A stretch of DNA of 64,000 bases from Zygnema circumcarinatum SAG 698-1b (taxonomy: Eukaryota > Plantae > Zygnematophyceae). Both the position numbers and the translations under genes were made by a program. The notes under the pieces are model-generated. The model was not told the origin of the DNA and made no database searches. It saw nothing but the letters and a program-made list of their open reading frames with translations. Where the stretch lies: NCBI GenBank assembly GCA_037447605.1, contig CM074812.1:1302001-1366000 (forward strand), given 5' to 3'. This document shows, piece by piece, positions 50,209-62,228 of the stretch; positions within the stretch are counted from its first letter, which is position 1; each line of letters opens with the position of its first letter.

Positions 50209-52578
50209 ATGACCAAGAGGCTCTTCCCTCTCTTTGTAAGGGACAGAGAGGTGGGGCAGCCATGGATTCTTCTCCTCTCTCTCTCCCTCCTCTTCCCTCC
50301 CGCCGCCGTCTCGCACGACCACTGGACGTCCAGTTTCAATGAAGTTCTTAGACGGAAGGTAGTGTCACCCATTCTACTTTTTGTTTCTTAACTATTCGAA
50401 CCCATCATGTCCTTACTGTACATAGGGATGATTTCAATTCTTTGTTTAATTTCTGCCTCGGAAATTTACTACCTTTCCATCTATCCTTCTCCAGGGGTGA
50501 CCTCCCAAAGGTAAACAAGTTAATGAGATTTCTGGCGATTACCGATTTTTTCCCCTTTTTTTGGTGGGGGGTATTTTGGGTCTTTCAGGGAGGATGCATC
50601 CTCAGCATCGACAGCCGCGAATACGAATTCAATGCGAAAGGTGTCCCTTCTTTGCAGCGCTTCGAAGAGCGAGGGAGAGACGTCCCCTTCTATATCTCAT
50701 CGCGTTTCATTAACAGGTGCATGCAGGTTCTGCCGAAGAAGAAGGTTCCTTTACTTTTGAGCCTCTTTTTTCTTGTGCGCGCTTCACTGTTTTCCAGACA
50801 GCGTGGCAATATGTTTGGGTATTCTCCATAGTGTTACGGATTTTCCTTTTTAGGGTGTTGTTGTCCCACCGCGTCTCTCAGCCCGCCCTCTTTGGAGCAG
50901 GGCCTACGCGAGGCGTCACGGCTACCGCTTCATCGTCGGACGCGCCGACACTCTGCACCGCGACGTGGCGGACAGGCACCCCGCGTGGAGGAAGGTNNNN
51001 NNNNNNGGGAGGGAGGGAGGGAGGAAGGAAGGGAGGGAGGGGAGGAGGGAGGGAGGGAGCTTGGAAAGAAGAGGAAGAAGGAAAAGAAAACAAAAGGAAC
51101 ATAAGGAGAGAATAGCAAAAATAACAGAAATAAGGCGTGGAAAAGACAATGAGGGAGAGAAAGGCGAAAGGGGGGAAAGGGAGGGGTGAGAATGAAAGAG
51201 AAAGAAAAGATGAAAGAAAGACATGAAAGAAGGAACGAGAGAGAGAGAAAAGGGGGGGGAACGGGAGGGAGGGAGGGAGGGAGGGAGGGGCGGGGGTAGG
51301 GGTGGGGGGTTGTGCGTGTGGGGGGGGGTGGTGGAGGGAGTGGGAGGAGATGGGAGGAGGGGTATGGACGGGGAAGGGGAGATTGAGAGGAAGAGGGGGC
51401 GACAGAGCGGCAAGGGGAGAGGCAAAACGTGAGGAATTGTGATGGGCAGAGGAACAAGAAAGAAACAAACATTAGATAGAGTGAGGATGGAAGCAACGTG
51501 AGAGTGAGGGTGAAAGTTTTGACGTTCTCTACTTGCTCTCGGTTCTGTGCAGATTCTCTTCATTCAGCAGCAGCTGCAGTGCTGCTGCGAGTGGGCTCTT
51601 TTTTTAGACTCCGACGCGTACATTCGAATGAATGAGCACCGGCTCTCAATGGAGCATTGGCTGCGCCTTCTTGATGAACCGGTAAGAACACCAAAAAACA
51701 TTTTAGGAGACATGAAACTAGACATGAAACCCAAAATTATGGTGGGGCATTAGCGTTCTCAAGTGGGTTTTTAGTGGGTTCTCAAGTATTTCAGATATGG
51801 GTTTTTCTTCCTTTCAGAAGCTGATAAAGATGGGAGTGCTGCTGGGGAGGGGATAAACAGAGCTATCTGAAGTGGATAGAGAAAAGGAATAACTTCACTT
51901 TGGAAGAAGGAGGGCAACTATGGCTGCCTCAGCCGGCTACGTCGATATTGAATCCTCCGGAAGAGGAAAATGGCTTAATTATGCTCGCACCTCGGAACGG
52001 AGATCCGTATCACGGATACGGAAAAACTACATCTCTGTTTCCGACATCAGAAACATGTCAGAGAGAATGCGACTTTATCAATTCTGGGATTTTGTTGTTC
52101 AGAAACTCGAGCCTCACACACAAGGTAAAGAATCTTCTTCCTAACTTTCTACCCTCACTTCAGAACTAGAAAAAATTGAAGGGCTTTGTGAGACCTATTT
52201 CTCATCCAAGAAAATTTGAAAGTTCCTTACTATGAACCTGTCATTTTGGTGTAACCAATGCAGCTTTTAGATGAATGGTGGGACGAGCCCGTATCGCGGA
52301 GGCATTTGGAGCATCCCTGGGAGCAGCCCCGTTTGAGCAAAGTGGCCCTAAAGTACAAGTCACATGTGGGCGTCGTTCCGTATTTGGAAGCAACTGGGCC
52401 CAACGGAAACCAGATGCGGCATCTGTGGGTGGTCAAGAATCCCTCTCAGTTGGCTCGGCAGGAGAAGCAGGAGAGGTGGAGGAAGGAGCAGTTGGCCATG
52501 GCGGTTTTGAGTGTGGCAGCGCTTTTGGAGGAGGAGCACACACTGCATGACTCAAGGAGGAGGAGGGATGCATTCTAG
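50209..52578 (+). CDS. GT34-like glycosyltransferase, paralogue B
   Basis: Exons 50209-50358, 50589-50718, 50901-50994, 51553-51681, 51861-52124, 52264-52578. AYARRHGYRF..AWRK, WALFLDSDAYI, FINSGILLFRNS, DEWW..WEQPRL..MRHLW; same exon layout as paralogue A. Confidence 0.85.
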
Positions 52579-53618
52579 TTGGAGAATTTTAATTGGGTTT
52601 TTTTTTCCGTTTGGGGGTTCGATTGAGGAGAATGGGGGTGGGGAGAAGGAGGAGAGGGGTCTCTATCCGTTGGATGTATTCAATTTGTTCATAGCTGTTG
52701 GGGGTCAGAGACACACGGAGAGGAGGAATGGCGGGACGGAGAGGAAGAGAGAGAGAGAGTGAGAGAGAGCGAGAGGGGGAAGAGTGAAGGTTTTTAGGGC
52801 ACGAGAGATGATGCGCGCACTCGCATATATCCCCGCAAGATTGGGGAGACCCGTGAATAAGTTAATTAGCGCTCAATTTTTTCAGTGAATCCCATGAATT
52901 TGCAAACTAGAAACTTAATTTTCCGCTTTGGACTGAGGTGGAACGAGTTGAGTCTGAAAAATGGACCAACTTGGTCGACTCAACGATGCTGTTCAGTGCA
53001 TCGAGACTCCTCTCCTGTCACCCTCGAGAAAGAGAGAGAAGAGAGAGAGAGAGAAAGGAGAGTAGGTCAGTTTTGATGGAAGGAGAGGATAGTCATTAGC
53101 TACTTGAGTGCGTTTTCTTTTTCATTGTTTTTTTCAAAATAAGAATTGCAAATAGTTTACAACCATTGTTCAGCATAAGCACGTCTATTTATTAAGATAA
53201 AAAAATCTGATTGTTTTTGGACTGGAGGACATGAGCACAGTGAAGCTTCTTTCTTTCTTTCTTCCTTTCTTTCACAATGAAGACAGTCCCCGGCCCTCTT
53301 CTTTCTCTCCTTTTTGGTTCAAAATTTGGTGGCTGGTTGCGCCACTTGTAGAATTGGGCAGGTACAAACAAAAACCGTTTCAACTTCTGCCATTCTTTAT
53401 TTGGAAATAGCAACAGAAAAATGTATATGATGTCGCTGAGGCTCCTTTCTCCAATCAGAACAAAATGGTCAAACTACTCTTGCTAAGAGATCCCGTTGCT
53501 AAGTTTCAGTTCTTGTCTTTCAAAGCCATTCGATCAAAGATCTCCCTCACTGCAGTACAAGCCCATCCCCATCCCAACGAAATAGCAATTAGGAAATGAT
53601 GAGCCCAGAACCTCCTAT

Positions 53619-54000
53619 CAGGAATGGCCGCAAGTGCGAAATATATTTTTTTTTTCGTTTTATATTTCGTTATAAAACTCGGACTTTTAGAACTCTAAAA
53701 GTAGGGTAACTTTTACTTTCTTAACGCCATAACGGTATGAATGAGTGTACGGTCCCATACGGACGGTTCAAGTGCCGTGATGGGGTTGCCATTCGCAACC
53801 ATTGGCCGCAGTCCAACCATTGCTGTGACGTGACATGACGTCACCAATCCAACCGCGGTACTGACATTGCCATGACGTCATGTGACATCATCCTAAAGTG
53901 TTATAAATTGCAAAAAAAAGTGTTATAAAAGTGGCCCTACTTTTAGAACAAGTTATAAGAGTAATAAAAAAGTCGAAAAATAGTCTTACGGCCATCCCTG
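53619..54000. mobile_element. Non-autonomous hAT element (382 bp)
   Basis: TIR CAGGAATGGCCGCAAG versus reverse complement CAGGGATGGCCGTAAG (14/16); exact 8-bp TSD CCTCCTAT at 53611-53618 and 54001-54008. Confidence 0.92.
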
Positions 54001-54069
54001 CCTCCTATATTGACGATACTTTTAAGAGAAATGAAAACAAACACAGATATTCAGAGCAAGCTTTCATTT

Positions 54070-56406
54070 GGACCCCATCTCTCACCCATCTCAGGGGGAA
54101 TGCAGGGCTCGTCCTCTATAGCTGCCTGCAGAGCTGCCAAATCCTCCTCCCTGCATCGACCTCCCCTCAGAAAAAGTAATGAAAAAAAAAAAAAAAGTTA
54201 TCATCTCTTTCCCCTAACCATTCTGTTTGTCCACCCCAAGTTCCTTGTATCCTCAACTTAAGTTCAAATTAAACGACCAAAAAAGAAATCTCCATACCGA
54301 GTACTATATCCGATTGCAGAGATAATATCGACCTCCAGCTGCCACCTGTCCCCTCTCCTCCCACACCAAAAATCAGAGGGAAAGATCCCCACCTTAAGTT
54401 ACTACTTGATCTCAATAGCAGAGCATTGAAAATTCATACTCTTCTCGATGCATTTTTGCTAGAAGCAGGAGGCCCTCCTTGCAGTCGCCAAGGCTCGGTC
54501 GAGGGCCCCATCTTCTATGAATCTGCTCTTCTGTTGCTCGTGGTTTCGCCCTCTCTAAAGCCCAAGTCCCCTCCTGTGCAAGTCTCTCGAGAGCTTTGCA
54601 TACACTCTCCCGCTCCTTCCTGCAACGAATATGGAACAAAGATCAGCTAATAAAGTTTAATAAGATAATTAAGTTGGTTAATTAAGTTGATCAGTTTATA
54701 ATTTAAGTAATAGCTACCTCAATTCAGTTTACGAGCGTTTCTATCCGGTCTGTTATGGGAGCTAGCAAAGATTATGAGAAGGACATGAGAATCCATTTCT
54801 CCAGACCCTGAATTGCGAGAGAAGAGCTCAATATCTAGAGAAAGGAAGGGGGAGAAGCGAGATAGGGACATTCTTACAGAAGTGATTGAATGGCCTTCAA
54901 AGCTGTCTCGAGTGTCACCATCTGTTTTCCAATAAGGAGGGATTGGAAGTTTTCATTGATTGCATCATCATTTGGGGATGGCAATGGCAAGGACATTGGA
55001 GTACGAGCTAACACCCCATATTTAGTATGGTCTTGCAGGACCTGCAAAGGACACAAAACTTGTCTGAGGGAAATTCTGGTGGTTTTGGAGTGAAAAAATT
55101 GTCTTTGCGTAGTTACGCTCTATTCCCCTTTTTACAGATACGATTTCTACTTATCGTCTTTTCTATCTCTGCCTTTCCCTCTCTATCGCGCTTGCACGTC
55201 TGGACTGTCCCTCTCTGTCCCTTTCTTTTCTCTCTCCCTATCCCTTGTCTCACACCCGCCTCTCATATTTTCTCACCTTCCCACCTCCCCACTTTGCTTT
55301 TCTTTCCCTGTGTAGTTTCTTTTGCTCCCTCTCTTTCTCTCTCTCTCCCTCTCCTACTCTCCTCAGTACCCCTCAGTACACAAAATTTCAGAAATTTGGA
55401 GAAAATTGGGTTTGATTTTGAAGGGTCTACAGTTGCCTTTTATTTTGGAGTCCCCGGCCAGGAAGCGTTCCATCGATTAGGTTTAAACCAGCGACTCACT
55501 TATATGTTTTCGACCCTTCAAATTCTGATCATCTGATTAATAATCACTGGGAGAGCATAGCGGGCCAATAAGAACTGAGGCTCGGGTCATTCTGCAAATC
55601 CATCCATGACTGCACCATGATCTTAACTTTAATCTATTTCTCTGCAACATCAACATCATCCCCCGTCCTCCCTCCTTTCCTCCCTTTCCTCAGTAAAGCC
55701 TCCCTTGAGCAATTTGAGCGATTTTCTACGAATTTTAGACACCGACTTCGTACTTTACCCTCTCCACTCACCTCTCCCCCTCCTCCCTCCACCCCCCCCT
55801 CCCCCTTTCCCCCCTCCCCCCTTTCCCGCCCCCCTCCCCCTTTCCCACTCCCCCTTCCACCCTCCCTCCCTCCCCCTCCCCCCCTCCCCCTCCCCCTCCC
55901 CCCCTCCCTCTCCCTCCCTCCCCCCCTCCCCCCCTCCCTCTCCCCCTCCCCCCTCCCCCTCCCTCCTCCCCCTCTCTCCCCTCCCCTCTCTCCCCTCCCC
56001 CTCCACCCTCCTCCCTCCCCCTCCCCCCTCCCACCCTCCCCCTCCCCCTCCCACCCCCCTCCCCCCTCCCCCCTCCCCTCCCCCCTCCCCCTCCACCCTC
56101 CCTCCTCCCCCTTCCCCCTCCCACCCTCCCCCTCCCCCTCCCCCTCCCACCCTCCCCCTCCCCCCTCCCCCCTCCCCCTCCCTCATCTCATCTTCCTCAC
56201 CCTCGTCTACTATCCCTTCAAAACCCTTCTCCCCAAACCTCACCCTCTCCCCCCAGCATGAGCTCAAGACTAACCGGCAGGCGCTGCAATATGGCGGAAG
56301 CAGAAGCGAGGAGCGAGAGCAGGTCGCCATGCAGCTGCCTCCAGCGCGCCACGTGTCCCTCCGCTCGGCCATACAGCTGGCCATAGCGCCCCTGCACGTG
56401 CTGCAT
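54070..56406 (-). CDS. At5g43822 / C1orf109 (CA109-like) family protein
   Basis: Exons 56406-56275, 55041-54878, 54619 onward, and two small exons give ARWRQLHGDLLSLLASASAILQRLP|VLQDHTKYGVL..LIGKQMVTLE..ALERL..RWGPRPSLGDCKEGLLLLAKMHREE..DLAALQAAIEDEPCIP. This resembles the plant family as I recall it; 3' end uncertain. Confidence 0.7.
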
Positions 56407-56908
56407 CCCTCTCCCTCCGCCTCCCGGCGGGCCCCACCGCCGGTACCAGCCTGGGATATATCCGATATCGATATATCGTATTGTACCTTACAATACAGTA
56501 TCATATCGCATCGTATTGTTTTGTTTGCATTACTTTACTATATCGGATGTATCGGCGTACCCGATATCGAGGTCCCTTTTTTGCTGAAAAATTGGTGTGC
56601 GGTTAAAACGGTTCGCGTGCGGTTTTGTCGATAGCAACTGTCCAGCCGTACGGTGGTGATGGCCGGCGACGGCCAGCGACGTTGCGGTCGGCAACGGCCG
56701 GCACCGACCGGCGACTTTTTCCCCCTACCCGCCATGGTTCCGTCTTCGTAAAAGTGATAGGCTGACAAACTAAGTCAAACTAAAATGTTTAACCAAATCT
56801 TGGTTATGCCTCGTCCACTTATTAACTGAACACTTAACACTGCTCGAGGAATCGATGTCAAGTACCAAAAGGACAGAATTTTTTAGGGAGTCACGGACGA
56901 GCCGCGTA

Positions 56909-57617
56909 CAGTGGGGGGTCCTCATATTTTCGCCATGGTATTGGCCAAAAAGGGGCGAAAATATTGATTTTGCAAATAAAAGGTTCGTGTTACCAATAGA
57001 CTTTCGGTACCATGTTAGAGTTCATGCTTGTTCGTACGTATCGTATCGTCTAATATCGTACCGTATCGTACCATATCCTTCAGTATCTAGCGTACCGTGT
57101 CGTATCGTATCGTACCATATCGTACCGTATCGTGCCGTATCTGTCGTACCGTGCCGTATCGTATCGCATACACGTAGTTTTTCGCTCTTCGCGTTGTTTT
57201 TCTCATTGATGATGCTATAATTATCAATAGTGGAAGAGCACACCCATGATAAAAGAAATGAGTGAGTTAATATTAGGCTGGGGGTTGACGGGCTTCCACG
57301 GCAATGAAACAAAACGGGTGCCTTGTGCGACTTGGAAGACGCTCAATACCAAAACACCGCTGAAAGTCAATATGCTTGCCGTGTAGATGGTTGATGTGGA
57401 TGGTATATGGAGCAGACGAGGAGAGGAGCGAGCGCCTCTTACGGCGGACACCTGTGGGAAGATTCTACAACTCGTACGGCTAGTACGGACAGTACGGGCA
57501 GTACAAACAGTACGGCTAACATTGAGTTACCGTACAAAAAGGTGGTTTCGGCAAAATCGGGGCGAATTTCTTGGGAGCGCACTGTACAGGGGGGGAAAAT
57601 ATGAGGACCCCCCACTG
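56909..57617. mobile_element. Tc1/mariner-type MITE (709 bp)
   Basis: Perfect 23-bp TIR CAGTGGGGGGTCCTCATATTTTC; TA on both flanks (56907-56908, 57618-57619); subterminal CGTATC and GTACGG repeats. Confidence 0.9.
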
Positions 57618-58032
57618 TACCCGTCCAGGACAACCCTCGAACCTGCCGCCTTGCTCTAGTTTTTGGACAAGGCTTTGTCCGACGTGGCGCGCTTTCGATC
57701 GCTCGATGCAATCGACCCTTATTCACGGCCGTTCGATTTGCGGCCCGCCGCGAGATGTTGGCTGCGCGCCTCCCTCGGCGTCCTCAAAAATGTGATTGTA
57801 CCACTGCCAGCTTTTGCTCCACAAACTCGAGAATCTTTTCCGTTTTGCGGGTACTAGTTTTGTGCCTCGTGACTTCGTGAGGTAACGTAGCGACTTTTTT
57901 CGTCGTTTTGCGCACGCAGTCGTGCTGTCACCGCCCAACTGGATGTACGGCGGCGAAAAAATCTTAGCACACATGTCCGTATAATTTCTTTGTCGTTAGC
58001 GCAGCGTGGACAGCCACGCAGGCAGAGGACCT

Positions 58033-58489
58033 CAGACGGAACAGGGGACCCCGACGTAGTGCCGAGTTCCCTGTTCGGTTCTGTACCGTTAAACTGAACG
58101 GTTCACGGATCGGCTCCCCAGGATGAGGGCCATGTGTCCGTTGTCGCGACCGATGACCAAGAGATTGGAACCAATTACAGTAACCAACCAACCAAGAATT
58201 GAATTGCCAACCATTCCATTCAATCGCTGGCTGGTTTGCCACAAACCAATTGCCGCAACCATTGGCAATGGTCGACCATTGGTTCCAATGCTTGGCACTC
58301 ACAAGCAACCGGTTGTTGGTTCAGCTGTTGGCTCAGTGAAGATTGAGGAATTTGGAGACCGTTGACAGAAAATCACCCGCGTTGACCAAGAAGTGCTGCA
58401 TGTGCGCGTGGAGGGGAGCGACGACGACCCCAGACGGAACAAGGGACCCCGACGTGGTTCCGAGTTCCCTGTTCGGTTCGGTACCGTTA
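58033..58489. repeat. Pair of 59-bp direct repeats (58033-58091, 58431-58489) enclosing a CAACC/CCATTGG-rich core
   Basis: CAGACGGAACA(G/A)GGGACCCCGACGT..CCGAGTTCCCTGTTCGGTTC(T/G)GTACCGTTA, 55/59 identical. Confidence 0.85.
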
Positions 58490-59605
58490 GTGTATGATAG
58501 TTAGTCAGTTGAATAGTATACACTAACCATGTTGGTGTTTGTGTGACGTGGGATGTGCTCGTAGTACTTCTACTATGTATGGCAGCCATATCGACTTCGA
58601 TGGTGTGCGCTTAGCGCGCTGAGAATGGCGGCGCCAGGAGGCGGCCCCACGTGGAACCTTATTAGAGGGGTCCGCGGCTCTGCCGAGGACAACTGAGAAG
58701 GGGACTGAGTCAGAACTTGCACGGGCGGCGTACATGCACGAGCGGGCGGCGGACGTGTACGGCCGGGCGGCAGAACAGAACGGAAGGCCTGGCGTCACGT
58801 CGCCAAGAGCGGTTCCATGTGCGGCTCGACAGCGGGCTTCCGTGTGCCCCTACCGGCCGACAGTTTGCCGCGCGGCGGCGGCCGGCCGGCGGAACGGACC
58901 GGCGCCAAGCCGGCCACGCCTCAGTCGGCAGGCATTTCCGGGCAGCTTCAGAAAACGATTTTACTGAAAAAATAAAGTGCTCGAAATATATTTTGGGCCA
59001 GATATCTTAATTTAAGTTTCCAACGAGTCCAATCGAGGCCGTTTTCTTGAACACGGTGAATATTTTTCACCTAGCGTCGAAAATTTTTAGGGGTGGTTGT
59101 GTTTTTTTCATCCTCCAGATTGTCGCGCGTTTGACCGGCCGGCAACGCTGCCGGCGGACTGTCGGCAAAATGTACGACAATGTACGAACGAATGGGGCTT
59201 AACGGTACGGTCTTGGCCAAGTGATGGCGTGCCAGCCCACCGAATGCGACACGCCAGGTGTACCAAAAATGTGGAGCTGACAGTTGCATGACACGTGGCG
59301 AGTTCTAATTCGAAGATAGATGCATGCCGGATTAATTTGTAATTTTGCAGTCCCTACTATGACGATGCTTTTCTAAGTCTGCGACCCCCTATTATTGAGG
59401 CGTTTTTGGCGCCTCAATTTTGCGCTTTAGTGCGAGCTAATTGAACAACAACAACATGCGACTTCATGTACTATTGAGTTCCTGTCAAACAGCCCAATCT
59501 CATCTCATTCCATTCGATTCGATTTAAGTTAATTTCGATATGCCGTGCCAAATAAGCCCTAGTTCTAGCCCTGAGCGCGCGCCTCCATTTTTGGAAAAAA
59601 AATAA

Positions 59606-60922
59606 GGGTAGTGATATTTCCACCCCTTTTTTGGATCCAAACACCCCTTCCCGGCCGGGCAGATTTCAAAAAGGATTAAAAACGGAAAATGCTTTTTTCA
59701 CACCTTTTTGGAATCGATACCCACCCTCCATCGGCAGATTTTATTTTTGCGAAACAAGGAAAATGATAACCCGTCACCCCATTTTGAATATCCCGCCTAC
59801 CTGAATTTTTTTCCACGCGTGCGGTCATCGCAGCCGTTGATTCCCTTGCAGATCGCAACACGACAGATCACTATTTGATCTGCAGCCGGGCTCGGTCACA
59901 GCGAATGGCTCTTGCCTAGGGATGGCCCGCGTTATAAATTCCGAATATATTATATAATTTACAACGGGTTTACAAATAGTAATATATTACAAAGTAAAAC
60001 AGTTTATTACATATATTATACCCACTCGTTTTGAACAATTAACGACCGTACGGTCGTACGGTCGTACCATACCAAAGTTAGGTCGTTTTGGCGTTGGCGT
60101 TGCGAAATGCGTCCGTCTGGTTCACACTGTCTTCACCGCATAATACCGTACAGTCTTACGACCGTACGACCGTACATGTTGTAAAGGCGTTGTAAATTAA
60201 TATATATCAGCCGTTATCTAGTCGTCACAGTTGTATAATATAATATATATTATATAGTCGTAACTAATCCATCCCTACTCTTGCCCACGTATCCCGCCAA
60301 AGTCGTCTCAAACGTTTGTCCGTACAAATGTCGTACGGTCGCAACTTGAGGAACCCAGAATTTCGTACATTAAGAGCTTGGACCAATCAAAGGTTTCCAC
60401 GTCAAAAATTTAACACGTGGCAGATGTTGATTAGCTGAGAGCTGACAATGCACGAGATCTCGGGCCGAGGGACGCGCGCACTCGTACGTGCGATCCGGCT
60501 TTGACGGGACTCGTGGGCGCTTTCCATTTGCTAAGATCGAGCCCGGCTGCAGATCGAACGGTGACCTGCAGTGGTGCGATCTGCGAGGGAATCGACAGAT
60601 GCGATTGACACGCACGTGTGAAAGACGGACACCAGCGAGCGATCTCGTGGCGGACGGATCTTCCGCTTCGAGCGGATTCGGGCAGGCAGATATTTCTTTC
60701 CCTCAAAAAAAAAATTCAGGGAGGCGGGATACAGTATTCAAAATGCAGTGACGGGGTATCATTTTCCTTGGTTAGCAAAAATAAAATCAGCCGACGGAAG
60801 AAGGTGGGTATCGATTCCAAAAAGGTGTGAAAAAAGCATTTTCCGTTTTTAATCCCTTTTGAAATCTGCCCGGCCGGGAAGGGGTGTTTGGATCCAAAAA
60901 AGGGGTGGAAATATCACTACCC
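59606..60922. mobile_element. Long-TIR foldback element, copy 2 (same family as 48219-49165) carrying a nested hAT
   Basis: Same termini GGGTAGTG...CACTACCC and collinear interior; exact 8-bp TSD AAAAATAA at 59598-59605 and 60923-60930. Confidence 0.92.
59917..60277. mobile_element. Nested non-autonomous hAT element (361 bp)
   Basis: TAGGGATGG...CCATCCCTA termini (Ac/Ds-like); 8-bp TSD CTCTTGCC at 59909-59916 and 60278-60285; absent from foldback copy 1. Confidence 0.93.
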
Positions 60923-61322
60923 AAAAATAAAACAACAAGACCAATCGAAACCCGCCACGTGTCGTAAGCCAGAACAACCACCTGGTCGGCACGGCCCGCG
61001 GCCGCGATTGCCTCGAGGCCCCTCACCAGGTGGCGGCCGCCCATTCGACGACTACAAATCAACTGTACGAAACTTTGTCGCGTGGGGCACGTTTGGCCCC
61101 TTCCGTTCGGTGTCGTTTCACGTGTGCCGCTGTCGGCGCGGTCCAATCGAGGGCGGCTGTATAGGCCGGCAGCTGGGGACCGAGCGGGGAAATTTGGAGC
61201 ATTTCTCCTGGACAGCTGCCGACGACATATAGGGACAAACGTGTTGTACAGCGAATCACCGGAACAATCTTGGCCGATTTTTGTCGCGTTTTGCGGAGAT
61301 GGTAACATGTGCAAACGTGTGT

Positions 61323-61325
<3 letters not shown>

Positions 61326-61365
<40 letters not shown>

Positions 61366-61510
61366 GGTTGTTGTGGTTGGCATTCATGAGTACAATTTTG
61401 CTGTTGTATTTGGCATTCATGATTAAAGTATTTTTGTTGTTGTTTCCACTCATGACTGCAATGTCTTCGTTGTTTTTTCATTCATGACTACAATGTTGAC
61501 GATGTTGTTG
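61326..61510. repeat. (GTT)n microsatellite followed by degenerate ~32-bp CATTCATGA..GTTG repeats
   Basis: GTT run at 61326-61379, then four (C)A(T/C)TCATGA-anchored units. Confidence 0.85.
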
Positions 61511-62138
61511 TACTCGCATGTTCCATTATGTGAACTTCCTCCGATCCTCCGCCCTCAACAAAGTAGGTTGGGAGCACCAAACTGCGCTCCCCACCGAGTT
61601 CAAACAAGCCTCCAGCCGCCGGCCGTTGTAACGGCCTTGTCCTTTCCGGCCAACCGCCGCGCTGTCGTATCTGCGGGTTTGGCGCGTAGCCATACCATAC
61701 GTACGGACACTTGACCTAACTGACAGTCGAGAGCAGACCAAGATTTGTCGTGTATCGCCCCGGTCTCGAAAAGTCCAACTAAAATAACTGCCGTTCCCCT
61801 GAACCAAACCTGCCGCGCAATTCCGCCTCCGGCCAACACGGAACGCCACTGTGAAGCGTTCCCAATACCGCTAAACTGCCACATGCGTTGACGACACCTA
61901 GACAAAACTAGACCTGCGGCGGGGATTGAGCCACGTGGCAGCCTCCTCGACAGCCGCCACTTAGGCCCGATCTCTACTCCGATACCCGTCAGACGCACTT
62001 TTCTGACTGCTCTCCCTCCCTCTCCCCCAATCCCCCTCTCTCCCTCTCCCCCAATCCCCCTCTCTCCTTCTCTCCCTCTCGCCCTCGCCTCTCTCCCTCT
62101 CTCTCTCCCCCTCTCTCCCTCTCGACCTCTTGCCCTCG

Positions 62139-62169
<31 letters not shown>

Positions 62170-62228
62170 CCTCTCTCTCTCTCCTTCTCCATCTCCCCTA
62201 CATTTCTTGGTTACTTCCTCGCGAAGCC

